A stretch of 64,000 bases of DNA, taken from contig OX597831.1 of assembly GCA_951406725.2 (NCBI GenBank), forward strand, positions 43,338,001 through 43,402,000. The letters run 5' to 3'. The notes beneath the pieces were generated by a model, which was given only the letters and a program-made list of their open reading frames with translations, did not search any database and was not told the origin of the DNA. This DNA comes from Octopus vulgaris (lineage: Eukaryota). Positions 37,811 through 49,796 of the stretch are shown here, one piece after another. Each line of letters starts with the position of its first letter. Position 1 is the first letter of the stretch. The translations under genes and the position numbers were made by a program.

Positions 37811-39048
37811 CACATACACGACAGCAGTAAATAGACATCCCATAAAACATTGTTTTATGTTTATTCTGACTTGTAAAGGTTTAAATTTTTTTATTAATTG
37901 ACATATTTATGTTTCAGGTTCTATATGTGACTGTTTAATCATGCCATGTACAAAAGAAGCCTTGGAACTGTCTGAATTTCAAAGAGGACAAATTGTGGGT
38001 CATTCTGAAGGTGGACATAACAAAATCACAGAAAACCTTGGGATCCCATTTTCTACAGTTTATAGAGTGATTGTGCAATTCACCAGAGAAAGGAGTTCAT
38101 ATCACCTTGCCCAGATCAACCAGGGCCCTCTGACAGGACCCTTCTCTTTGTTAAAAGAAGTGTGGAGGATAATCCTCATTGCAAGGCCTCTGACATAGCA
38201 GAACAAGTTGATGTCAGTCCCAGAACAGGTGTCAGTTATCTCCACAAACTTGGTGACTATTGCAGAGCAGCAAGAAGGAAGCCACTTCTTCAACCAGCCA
38301 ATGTCAAGCAGAGAAAAGATTGGGCCAGTTGAGATGGTGGAGAGGCTACTAGCATTTTGGGACACTGTCATATTCTCTGATAAGATCAGGTTTGCTGTAT
38401 TTCCTGAGAGTGGTCGAGTGTGGGTCTGGAGACTCTGTGATCAAGAATTTGATGTGAAAAGATTGCAGCCAACAATGAAACACAGCAACTATTCTGTGAT
38501 GGCCTGTGGAGCAATTTGGAGCAATGGTTGATCAGAGATGGTGGAGTGTGAGGGAAACATAAACTCAGATAAACATGTCCATATTGCAGAAAGGACTCCT
38601 TCCAATCTTCTCTAGTGGTGAACCGATTAAAGACTTTTATTTATGGAAGACAGGGCTCCTTGTCACACGGTTATAATGACCCAAGATTTGTTGCATGAGA
38701 ATGGCATCAAAAAGCTTCCATGGCCAAGACAGTCACCAGATATGAACCCTATTGAACATCTCTGGGACATAATGGACAGGACACTACATAAAAAGAGCAA
38801 GAAAGCATCATCAAAGCCAGATCTTTTGCAATTACTGCTTGAAACTTGGCAAGAAATTCCACAAGAGACTATTAGTCATGATCAGTACCATGCCTAATAG
38901 GGTCCTTGCATTGAAAAATGCAAAGGGCACATCTATTAAATATCAAATATTCACATTCTAACAATTAATAAATAATTTGAATGTATAATTTTAGATTTAA
39001 ATAGATTTTAATGATTAGAAGGATGTCTATTTACTTCTGTCATATCTG
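37811..39048 (+). mobile_element. Second decayed Tc1-like transposon, different family
   Basis: TIRs GACAGCAGTAAATAGACATCC / GGATGTCTATTTACTTCTGTC; motifs VIFSD, MEDRAPCH, WPRQSPDMNPIEHLW. Confidence 0.9.
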
Positions 39049-39236
39049 TGTATGTATGTGTATGAATATATATATATATAAAGTCCTTCTCACTTTAATT
39101 ATCTAATTAAAGACTTTTTTTAATTAAGCAATTAAGAAATTAGTCTTTTCTCAACTGAATTGCAAATAATAGTGTCTTTAAGTTAGACATTGAGTGTTTT
39201 ATATTAGGTAACACATTAAGTGTTTATACAGTTCCA

Positions 39237-39681
39237 TATTTAAGAGATGAAGAATTATGTACATTATTTACATTTGACGGATATTTATCCTCATCTTGCT
39301 GGTTGTTAGTTAACACGTTTCGGCTGATATACCCTCCAGCCTTCATTAGGTGTCTTGGGGCATTTCAAACCTGGGTTCTCATTCCTAAGGCGGTGGAGCT
39401 GTCATCGTCATCATTATTATTATTCAGGTCACTGCTTGGAATAGAACTTGGAATCTTGGTATATGGCGTAGTGGTTAAGAGTGTGGGCTACTAACCACAA
39501 GATTTCGAGTTCGATTCCAGGCAGTGACCTGAATGCCGCCGATGAAAAATACCTTAGGAATGAGAACTCAGGTTCGAAATTTTCATTAAGACACCTGATG
39601 AAGGCTGGAGGGTATATCAGCTGAAACGTTGTGTTAACAACAAACAAGATGAGGACAAATATCTGTCAAATGTAAATAATG
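39237..39681. mobile_element. Fold-back element: tRNA-like head + hammerhead-bearing tail, with an inverted partial copy
   Basis: 39261-39460 is an inverted copy of ~39497-39681; A/B-box-like head at 39464-39520. Confidence 0.75.
39590..39635 (+). ncRNA. Minimal type I hammerhead ribozyme
   Basis: GACAC-CTGATGA-A-GGCTG gagggtatat CAGCT-GAAAC-GTT-GTGTT: stem I GACAC/GTGTT, stem II GGCTG/CAGCT, palindromic ACGT stem III. Confidence 0.65.
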
Positions 39682-40375
39682 CAAATTAAGGGTTTTTATA
39701 TATATATATATATATATGAGAGGAAACACAACTAGAAACTAGATGCTGTTTCTATGTACACTTTAAAATAGAAAACATACCCTCTTGCCAAAATTATCTA
39801 ACTATAAAATTCTACAAACTGTTGTCAATGCTGAAAAATTATAATTCCACTGCATAAAATATTATGCAAGGGCATCTCAAAATATCATGAACATCTGAAA
39901 GGAACTGAACTTTTTTATCTTTTCACTAACACCTAATAATCTTTAAAAACCTTACATTCTGTTAATGCCGCTTACATATGACAATTCTGACACCAATCTT
40001 AGATTTATGGAGCAATTAATTTTCAAATACGGAACTATTACAGCTGATGAAATTCTTGCTAAAACAAAACTGACTTTAAACAACTGTTGTACAGAAATTT
40101 GGTTGAAAGATTCTACTCAGCAACATTTTAATATGATCCAGCATGAATGTGTGTGTGTGTATGTGTGGGGGGTAACAGTTCGACTTGGTTTCATATCAAA
40201 GTTCTGAGGGTATAAAAAAAGAAACTTCAAGTAATGTGGAGCTGAGTTAAACAGCTAAATACCTGTAACTTCAACACTAAATGTGTTAAGTACTACTTTC
40301 TTTCATTTGCTTACGTGTGTGTGTGCATGCACATATATACTTTACATAAAGCAGCTTATAAAAAGTAATACATAC

Positions 40376-40515
40376 AATAATCCATTCTCTGATTGTTTGA
40401 AGAGTTTCAGGGTTAAATATCAAATTCTTCAAACGAGCCAGGGGTCCTTCCGCATCTACTCGTCGACATCGATGGAAGACATCACAGTAGCCACGGAAGT
40501 TATCACATGGAGATC
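40376..40515 (-). CDS. ADAM10: ADAM10 exon: end of cysteine-rich domain
   Basis: (G)[46 protein letters not shown]; AG/GT flanks; phases consistent. Confidence 0.95.
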
Positions 40516-41056
40516 CTGTTAAGAGAAATTACATAACAGATGGAAATAAATGCGTAGAAATAATTACTTTTAATATTTGTAAACCTATATAACAGACACA
40601 CAAACAGGTCAAATTACCCTATTTCTTTGGAGATTGGAAAATGACGGCCTTAACCCTTTAGCATTCAGATTACTCTGTTAAATATAGTGATTATTTATTC
40701 ACATTGTTGTGAATTCATCCTGCATTATCTTGTAGCTTTGAGATTTTGAAAAGTAGAAAGTTTGAAAAGTAGAAATAAAAGAAAATTTTGGCCAATTACA
40801 ACCAGTTTAAATGCTAAAGGCTCAATCAAGTTTCAACTCTTATTGCAGTCTCATCACTTAACCAATCTCAGAGAAACAAGTAGACAAACTGTTTATATAC
40901 GTATTAAATCTATGAGCCCCAGAGAATTGTAGTTAATAATTTGTATACTATAAGTGTTTAACTCTTTCTATTCGCTATTGGGGGTCTGTATGTTTCTAGT
41001 TGTTGTTGTTACTGTCATTGTGCAGCCCTGGTTCAACTCAGAGTAGACCAATGATC

Positions 41057-41440
41057 GTGGAGGCGCAATGGCCCACTGGTTAGGGCAGCGGACTCGCAAT
41101 TGTAGGATCGCGGTTTCAATTCCCAGACCGGGCGTTGTGAGTGTTTATTGAGCGAAAACACCTAAAAGCTCCACGAGGCTCCGGCAGGGGATGGTGGTGA
41201 TCCCTGCTGTACTCTTTCACCACAACTTTCTCTCACTCTTACTTCCTGTTTCTGTTGTACCTGTATTTCAAAGGGCCCGCCTTGTCACTCTCTGTGTCAT
41301 GCTGAATATCCCCGAGAACTACGTTAAGGGTACACGTGTCTGTGGAGTGCTCAGCCACTTACACGTTAATTTCATGAGCAGGCTGTCCCGTTGATCGGAT
41401 CAACCGGAACCCTCATCGTTGGAACCGACGGAGTGCTTCC
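41057..41440 (+). mobile_element. tRNA-derived SINE with 12-bp TSD
   Basis: Head GGAGGCGCAATGGCCCACTGGTTAGGGCAGC...GGTTTCAATTCCC; TSD AGACCAATGATC at 41045-41056 and 41441-41452. Confidence 0.88.
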
Positions 41441-42387
41441 AGACCAATGATCAAAACATTCAAGCCATAACCATTAGTCTTTTGAGAGCCGTGTAGACAA
41501 CATTACAGAATGTGTATTCTTTTTACCTTTTCCAAAGATAGTCAGTGTATTTAGATTTCACAAACAAAATGATCATTGAATTACAATAGGAGATCAGAAA
41601 TGAGAGTGGTGGGGAGGGAATTAATAAAGAAATTGAAAGGAAAGATGAGAAGTTAAATAGCTTAATGACTGTGTGATTAAAAAGTTCACTTTGCAATCAA
41701 ATGATTTGAAGTCTAATATAGCCCTGGGCTTACCAATGCCTTGTAAGTGAATTTGGTAGATGGAAAAAGTGTAGAAACCCATCATGTGTGTGTGTGTGTT
41801 TGTGTACTTTTGTGTGTGTCCCTCACCACCTCTCCACAACTAGTGTTGGTTTGTTTATGTCCCCTTAGCAGTTCAGCAAACATAAATTTAAGAAAATAAA
41901 TATATTGGAGGTCGATTTATTTAACTAAACCCTTCACGGTGGTACGCAAGTGTAGTCACAGTCCAATAACTGATGGGAGTGAAAGAATAAAAAGTAATGG
42001 TGACGGTGTATTGTTTAGAAATATGGTTATAACACAACGAATAAGTGAATAGACATATAAGCTAATGTAGCAACAAACCAAGATGTCAAGAGAGGGGCAA
42101 ATGTTTTTATTTATTCGGATACATTTACTTACATTTGAAATTTAATGTTTGAGAACTGATTTCAAGCTTTGATATGAGACAAGCAATTTTAGAAGGTGAA
42201 AGTTAGTTGATTACATGAATCACAGTGCTCAAACAGTTCTTATTTTATCAACCTAGAAAGGATGAAAGGTAAAGTCGACCTCATTGGCATTTGGACTGAA
42301 AATGTAAGAAGCCAGAAGAAATACCACTAACCATTTTGTCTGACATGCTAACGATTCTGCCATCTTGCTGCCTTAATTGCTTGAAAT

Positions 42388-42531
42388 ATAAGGTTGTCCC
42401 AAAAGTTCGTAGAAAGTCTTGGAAAATAATGGTCTTTATTTTGAGGAATAATTTTTGTTGTTTTTGTTAGTACTTGGCGAGTAAAAATTCAATTTTCTCA
42501 AGTGTTTACGAACTTTTGGGACAACCTAATA
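42388..42531. mobile_element. Tiny mariner-type MITE
   Basis: TIR AGGTTGTCCCAAAAGTTCGTA / TACGAACTTTTGGGACAACCT with TA-rich flanks. Confidence 0.75.
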
Positions 42532-43764
42532 ATAACCACGTTTTCATTACTAAACAATGAATATGAGAGCAACAGAGAAAATGTGCCACTGAAGCTATCA
42601 ATATAGAAATTACTTTTTAGTTAGGTAAAGGGAATATGCTTTCCTTTTCGACAAGCTGCACAGTTAGTTATTTGCAGAGAAGAAAGACAAGTGGGTGGTC
42701 CATTTTTGAATTGTGTTGTCCAATACACATGAACTGACATCCAAATTTTGCCAGCAACTCATGTATAACAATGTGACTGAAACCCATTTTAGTTAGCTTT
42801 TTCTGTGTTTTATGTCTTGTCCATTGTTGTCAGCATCAAAAATGGACTTCATGAGTAAGTTGTTCAATAGTCCATGCTAATGGTATTACAAATTCAATAG
42901 TTAACTGGAACTGACAGAACAGTAATAACTGCTACATTAAGAACATAGCAGTGGTCAGAGCATTTCAAATGTAGCTGTAGCAAACTGTTCTTTTTTGAAC
43001 ATCTGCATGCTATCAAGGATATTCAGAAATGATGTTTATCTCCACTTTTCTATAGCATAAAGTAGAACAAGGAAATACTTTTTTGGACATGATACTAATT
43101 TCTCATAGGTAGCTTTTCCCAATGAAATAGAAGAGAGCTGTAAACTAACAAAAAATAATTCTCAATTCAACAATGCAGCCTACATACAGAGTGTATTATA
43201 CCACTTAGAGTACCTATCTAGGGTTTTGTTGAAAACTAAATGCCAAGGTCCTGGATACAATGCAATATCAAAATATAACTATTAGTTGTCTGGTTTTTAT
43301 CAACTCAGTTATCCACAATCCTCTGCTAAATAAGGTCAGTGTTTTATGTTTAAGACATGAAAATAATGATAAAATTAAAAGAACTACTACATCAGTTTAT
43401 GTTTAAGAGGCTTCTCAATAAATTGAAACTGAATATCAATTATGTCAATTTTCTATTTATCTATCTTTTTAAAGACAATTAACTGTCTTTTCACCAGAAC
43501 CCTTTAGCATTCAGATTACTTTGTCCGATATAATGCTTATTGAGTCACATTGTTTTGAATTAATCATTCATTATCTTGCAGCTTCAAGAATTTGATTGAG
43601 TCATTGTGTAGTTTTAGAATGACTTGTTGTAGGATAGATGTGAAAGGCCAGATCTGTCTGGTCCAAATATAAAACAGACAGAATATTTGGGCCAGATTAA
43701 ATGCTAAAGGATTAAAGTAACATATGAAACAAACAGAAGTGATTTAATCAGAATATTTACTTAC

Positions 43765-43896
43765 CTGCCGGAAGTTTCAATGGAGCATAGTCAATATTTT
43801 GGTTAATTTCTTTAAGTAGATTGTGAAATTGTATATTTTCAGGTAGTTTAACCTTATCTCTATCTTTGGAGCTAATGCATTCTTTTCCTGTCTTGG
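43765..43896 (-). CDS. ADAM10: ADAM10 exon: cysteine-rich domain
   Basis: (T)KTGKECISSKDRDKVKLPENIQFHNLLKEINQNIDYAPLKLPA(G); tttcag acceptor, gtaagt donor, phase 1/1. Confidence 0.85.
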
Positions 43897-45274
43897 CTGA
43901 AACACAAGTTACCTGTTGCTTTAATACACTTAGACAAAACATATATGACATCACATCATGATGAAAGTGTGAATATGGAGTGATAGTGAAAACGATGAGA
44001 TTTGTTTTAAGACAGAAGTCCCATTTTTTTATATCAACCTATCTGTCTCTAAGATTATATTAGCACTGATTTCATTCATTTTAGTATTTCAATTATCGCA
44101 GTCATTTTTATCAAGCTGGCTCTTTTCATACGTATCACCAATCATTATCAACAATACACAATCCTTACTGAAATTGAGAGAAATAAGACTATACACTGGT
44201 GTTATTCAAATGTCTTGTACAGGACTATGGTTTATCACATCCCTTTGGTACTGTTTGAAGCACCAGTTGCAAAAAAAAATATATCTCATCCATTACTGAG
44301 GATTACTGCAATAAAATTGCAGTAAAAGTACCATATCATAAATGAATGATATAACTGTTTACATATTTTAAATACATTACTAGAAGATGAACCACTCAAA
44401 AACGACTGTCACCAATATACCCACAAAATTACTGGTATACATGATATACATAGACATGCAGCTAAATGTTTATCACAACAAAAGTATTGAAGCCATCAGA
44501 CTCATTTATGGCATGGCTGTGTGGTTAAGAATCTTGCTCTATAACCATGTAATTTTGAGTTCAGTCTCATTGCGCTGCACCTTGGGTGAGTGTCTTCTAC
44601 TGTCACTCCAAGTTGACCAAAGCCTTGTGAGTGGATTTGGCAGATGGAAGCTGAAAGCAACCGTGTGTGTGTGTGTACCCTTGGTTACACATCACATGAT
44701 GGTAGTAAATGAGCTTCATTGCCATGCAATTGAAGCTGTTTCTTTCCAGTCTTCCATGAAAAAACATGTCTAGCTATGGGGAAATATTACAGTTTGGAGA
44801 CAGGTAAGGCTTGGTGACAGGAAGAGTAGCAAACAATAAAAGATCTGCCTTGGCAAATTCCATCTGACCCATTTCACTTGGCTTGATGGGTCTTCTTCCC
44901 AAACATGGCATATTGCCAAAGTTCTCAGTCATTTGTCATTGCCTCCATGAAGCCCAATGCTTGAAATGTGCTTTCTACGTATACATATTCATAATATGAC
45001 CAGGCAGATTTGAACACAAAATATGATAGTTACTGTAATGTATGTCAAAAAAGAAAATCTTTTTTTTATGACGATAGTGTGTTCAACACACGTGACTCAT
45101 TGTCGCAGAGGATCCTGGGACACCAGTGTTTCAACATGTCTCATCAATCAGAAGTAGCCCAAACAATAGTCTAGCTAAGTAACAGGCCTTAGTTTATACT
45201 TTTAGTGAACAAACCGTTCGCTGATTAGTGCTTATATCTGCCAACTGATATGGAATAGTTATTGGCACTATGTA

Positions 45275-45615
45275 AAGGGTAAAGACCCCCTTCGGTCATG
45301 AGTGACCATGGGTTTGCACCTAGAGAGTTACCCTCTGAGGCACAAGTCTGGGCAAGTTTGTTTTATGGAAGACCAGCAGTCACCCATGCATACCGGCCTC
45401 CCCTCTCCACGCCACCAGTGTTATCCAAGGGAAAGACAAAGGTCGATACAGCTTGGCACCTGTGACGTCGCAACTCATTTCTACAGCTGAGTGAACTGGA
45501 GCAACGTGAAATAAAGTGTCTTGCTCAAGAACACAACATGCAGCCCGGTCCGGGATTCGAGCTCTCAACCTCACGATCGTAAGCTCGACGCTCTAACCAT
45601 TGAGCCATGCGCCTT
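45275..45615 (-). mobile_element. tRNA-derived SINE with 9-bp TSD
   Basis: Minus-strand head AAGGCGCATGGCTCAATGGTTAGAGCGTCG...TCGAATCCCGG; TSD CACTATGTA at 45266-45274 and 45616-45624. Confidence 0.85.
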
Positions 45616-46015
45616 CACTATGTACAATGCCAAGATTCATCATATATCTAGGCAGGTTCAGACACAAAATAAGTAAAGATCCTCTAAAAATTAAAAAAAT
45701 TAAAATTTAAGAGAAAACCAATGAAAGAAAAGGAAGACAGTGTAAGGTCTGATGTCTGGATGCTGGAAGTCATGGAGAGGAATGATAGTAAGTAATGAAT
45801 GAGAAGCTGCATTGCAGCAGATTCATCCAACCCATACCAGCCCAGAAAAAGAAAAACAAAAGAAAAAAAAAACAATGTAAAATTATAATGCAGCTAGTGC
45901 TGCTGCTGATGATGATAACTACATAAATTTATTCGTACACTTCAAGCTAAAACAATAAATTGATAAAAACGTTTTATGATCATTTGATATGGATAATATG
46001 AAGGATAATACGCAC

Positions 46016-46124
46016 TACAAGAAACGTAACAGAGTAGTTCACGGTCAAAGTTTTCATCATTCTGAGGAGGTGTTAGAAAACATTCCTCCCATTTAATTCT
46101 GCGACACACAGATCCAATGCAATG
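46016..46124 (-). CDS. ADAM10: ADAM10 exon: cysteine-rich domain
   Basis: HCIGSVCRRIKWEECFLTPPQNDENFDRELLCYVSC; ctttcag acceptor, gtgcgt donor. Confidence 0.88.
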
Positions 46125-46307
46125 CTGAAAGAAAAAAAGGATGAAAATAAAGAAACAGCAAAAATTGAACATCTTTAGAGATTAATGTGAATCTGTTTAA
46201 CCAAAATTTAAGGTGTTTGCCAATAAGTAACCCTGAACTAGCACCAGCATAAAGGCCTCTGAAAAACGTTGGTATAGAGTAAGGGAACATGGTTCAATAT
46301 TCTAGAA

Positions 46308-46910
46308 ATCATCATCATCATCATCGTTTAACGTTCGCTTTCCATGCTAGCATGGGTTGGACGATTTGACTGAGGGCTGGCGAACCAAATGGCTGCACCA
46401 GGCTTCAATCTTGATCTGGCAGAGTTTCTACAGCAGGATGCCCTTCCTAACGTCAACCATTCCGAGAGTGTAGTGGGTGCTTTTACATGCCACCAGCACG
46501 GGGCCAGTCAGGCGGTACTGGCAACGACCTTGCTTGAATCTTTTACACATGCCACCGGCACAGATGCCAGTGAGGTGATGCTGGTAACGATCATGCTCGA
46601 ATGGTGTCTTTTACGTGCCACTGGCACAGAGGCCAGATAACCGCTCCGGCAACAATCATGCCCGGATGGTGCTCTTAATACCCTACTAGCACGGGGCTCG
46701 AGTGCCAGTAAGGCGACGCTAGTAACGATCACACTCGAATCGTGCCTTTTAAGTGCCACTGGCACAGAAGCCGGTTAGCCTCTCTGTCAATGATTACACT
46801 CGTATGGTGCTCTTTGCACCCTACTAGCACAGACGCCAGTCATCGAATTTGATTTTGATTTTGATTCCACTTGCCTCAACAGGTCTTCGCAAGTAGAGTG
46901 TTAGTGTCCA
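46308..46910 (-). mobile_element. Interspersed repeat ending in (GAT)n with internal ~60-bp tandem units
   Basis: catcatcgtttaacgttcgctttccatgctagcatgggttggacg also at ~32040, 56680, 58400, 60815 and 61628. Confidence 0.7.
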
Positions 46911-47559
46911 TGAATTCATTTGTTTGTTTTATATATATTTTGAGATAAAATTGTGTAAGGCATAATTTATATAAGATTCTCTAAACCCTTTCGATACCAA
47001 CCCAGCTGAAACCACCTATGGATCTGTAGTACAAATGTCTCGTTTCCATAAGTTTTGAATTAAAATCTTCTACCAAACTTTAGTCACAATTTATGTTCCT
47101 AACACTAGCTTAATGATAACTAAGTTATTTTACTAAATTTTTTTTTTCAATTAAAATTAATTGAAAGAAAAACAGCATCTCAAAATAAATATGGTAACGG
47201 AAGAGTTAAGCTTTAATTGGTCTTACTTTTCTACTTTTTGCCTGTCTTGCCCTTTCAACTCGACTTCAACTTACAGTTATTTTTGGCACATAGCATTACT
47301 CACAACAGTGTTCACAACACTAAATTTGTCTCTTTCTCCATTCCATTCCCCTTATTATTTACTCTTCTCTTCTTGTCCTTTTCTCCCACTGCCAGAGGGA
47401 GTCAATGTTAATAACGAAATAAACAATAATCAATAATTAAATTTAGAAAAGACTGAGTAAAAAATAGAAAATAGAAAATATCCAAAAAATAGAAACTGCA
47501 AATAATTAAAAGGAATAATAGGACTGCAAAATTGGGTATTTATATTTAGAAGTTGTTGT

Positions 47560-48072
47560 TGTGACCCCCTTCAGTCATGAATGACCATGGGATTGCACCT
47601 AGAAAGTTACCCTCCCAGGCACAAGTCTGGGCAAGGTTGTTTATGGAAGACCAGCAGTCGCCCATGCATACTGGCCTCTCCTCTCCATGCCACCGATGTT
47701 ATCCAAGGGAAAGGCAAAGGCCGATACAGTTTGGCACCAGTGACGTCGCAGCTCATTTGTTAACGTGCAAGTGGCTGAGCACTCCACAGACACATGTACC
47801 CTTAACGTAGTTCTCGGGGATATTCAGCATGACACAGAGTGTGACGAGGCTGGCCCTTTGAAATACAGGTACAACAGAAACAGGAAGAAAGATAGAGAGA
47901 AAGTTGTGGTGAAAGAGTACAGCAGGGTTCACCACCACCCCCTGCCAGAGCCTCATGGAGCTTTAAGTGTTTTCACTCAATAAACACTCACAATGCCCGG
48001 TCTGGGAATCGAAACCACGATCCTGCAATCGCGAGTCGGCTGCCCTAACCAGTGGGCCATTGCGCCTCCACA
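47560..48072 (-). mobile_element. Chimeric tRNA-derived SINE
   Basis: 47757-48070 is an inverted match to 41059-41370; 47562-47757 matches 45283-45480. Confidence 0.8.
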
Positions 48073-48628
48073 TTTAGAAGTTAAGGTTACAATAAAAGAT
48101 AAAATAAAGCTATAGATGAGAAAATTAGACAAGTAAACAAAATATATGAAATGCCACAAATGAAAGGAAGAGAAAGAAGAAATGATAGCAATATTGGACA
48201 GAGAAGTGGAGTAAAAAGTGAAAGACAGAAAATGGGAGGAAGGAGGAGAAGAAATAAAGCAAAAAAGAAAAAGGGGAGAGAAAGACAGAGACAACTGAGG
48301 GATGTAGAGGAAGGGAGACAGTAGAGAATGGGAGGGGGAAGCTTTTTATTCTAAACACACACACACAAACAGAGAGAGGTAGAGGGAGGAAGAAAGGAGG
48401 AAAAGATACTATCTTCTCATTTACTTCCCATAGAGAAAGATCATTTCTCAGAGAATTTTGATGCCCTGCCATATCAAATATTGGTTCATCTGATGAGACA
48501 TCAATACAGTTATTTCTGACTTACGAAATGTTTCAGTGTGTGAAATGTTTTATCAGACATTTAATTAACTCTTTAGCCCTTAAACCAGCCATATCTGGCC
48601 ACAATATTCTACTTACTTTATGATCACA

Positions 48629-48954
48629 ATGGAGGCACAATGGCCCAGTGGTTAGGGCAGCAGACTCGCGGTCGGAGGATCGCGGTTTCAATTCCCAGAC
48701 CGGGCGTTGTGTGGGTTTATTGAGCAAAAGCACCTAAAGCTCCACGAGGCTCCAGCAGGGGGTGGTGGTGACCCTTGTTGTACTCTTTCGCCCCAACTTT
48801 CTCTCACTCTTTCTTCCTGCTTTTTGAGTAATGCTGTGATGGACAGGTGTCCCGTCCAACTGGGGGGTGGGGGACACACATACGCCATAGAAACCGGGAA
48901 ACCGGGCCCATGAGCCTGGCTAGGCTTGAAAAGGGCACAAGACAAGAAGAAGAA
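48629..48954 (+). mobile_element. tRNA-derived SINE nested in a piggyBac MITE
   Basis: TSD TTTATGATCACA at 48617-48628 and 48955-48966; head shared with the SINE at 41057. Confidence 0.85.
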
Positions 48955-49182
48955 TTTATGATCACACTGGCCAGATCCAATATCTCACACCTACTCTAGA
49001 ATGTCATTTTGAACATACACAATTACATCATTGAAATATCAAGGTTACAACAGTGCAGGATAAATCCAAAATAATGTGAATAAATAAGCATTACATTTGA
49101 CAGAATAATCTGAAATCCTTAAGGTTAAAGCTGTGTATTTCTACAATAAAGTTAAAATGAAAGATAGAATGTCATTACTTAC

Positions 49183-49267
49183 ACCATCGAGACAAATTTT
49201 GCTGTTGTGGTTGCACAGTGTTTCGTTTTTTTTGAAAGATGGAGTTGGACAAGTCGCACGTTTACCA
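49183..49267 (-). CDS. ADAM10: ADAM10 exon: end of disintegrin domain
   Basis: (D)GKRATCPTPSFKKNETLCNHNSKICLDG; AC acceptor, gtaagt donor. Confidence 0.9.
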
Positions 49268-49763
49268 GTGAGACACAGTTAAAGAAAAATGAAACTCACA
49301 ATGGTTTTACAAGAATATCACAGAAACAATTCAAACAGCAACAAATATAATTTACAAAGATAATCAAAGGCTATAACTATTTTATGCAGTTGTACATGGA
49401 TTCTGCTTTAGTTTTACTAAAGTATAGAAAATTATGGCAAGGATTTGAAATCAAAATACTTTGAATTAAAATAATTTTTCTGTAGCACTGGACACAGTCA
49501 TCACCACAGTAAGGAAAAATGAGCCACAAAATGGCTTTTATGCTGTCTATCAACCTTTCTTTTATTTCTTTTCTTTTACTTGTTTCAGTCATTTGACTAC
49601 AGCCATGCTGGGGCAATGCCTTTAGTTAAAGAAATCGCCCCAAGGACTTATTCTTTGTAAGCCTAGTACTTATTCTGTTGGTCTCTTTTGTTGAACTGCT
49701 AAGCTACAGGGATGTAAACACACCAACATCGGTTGTCAAGCAGTGGTGAGGGAACAAACACAA

Positions 49764-49796
<33 letters not shown>

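Noticed and set aside
39464-39535. Genuine tRNA genes (also at 41059, 45615, 48630)
   Set aside because: A/B-box-like heads lack a proper acceptor stem and continue into repeat bodies, several with TSDs; they are SINE heads.
46480-46840. CRISPR-like spaced repeats (also 56850-57010)
   Set aside because: Degenerate ~60-bp tandem units with similar 'spacers' inside a eukaryotic repeat; no cas genes.
48485-48540. CTGATGA...GAAA as another hammerhead
   Set aside because: No supporting stem I, II or III pairing.
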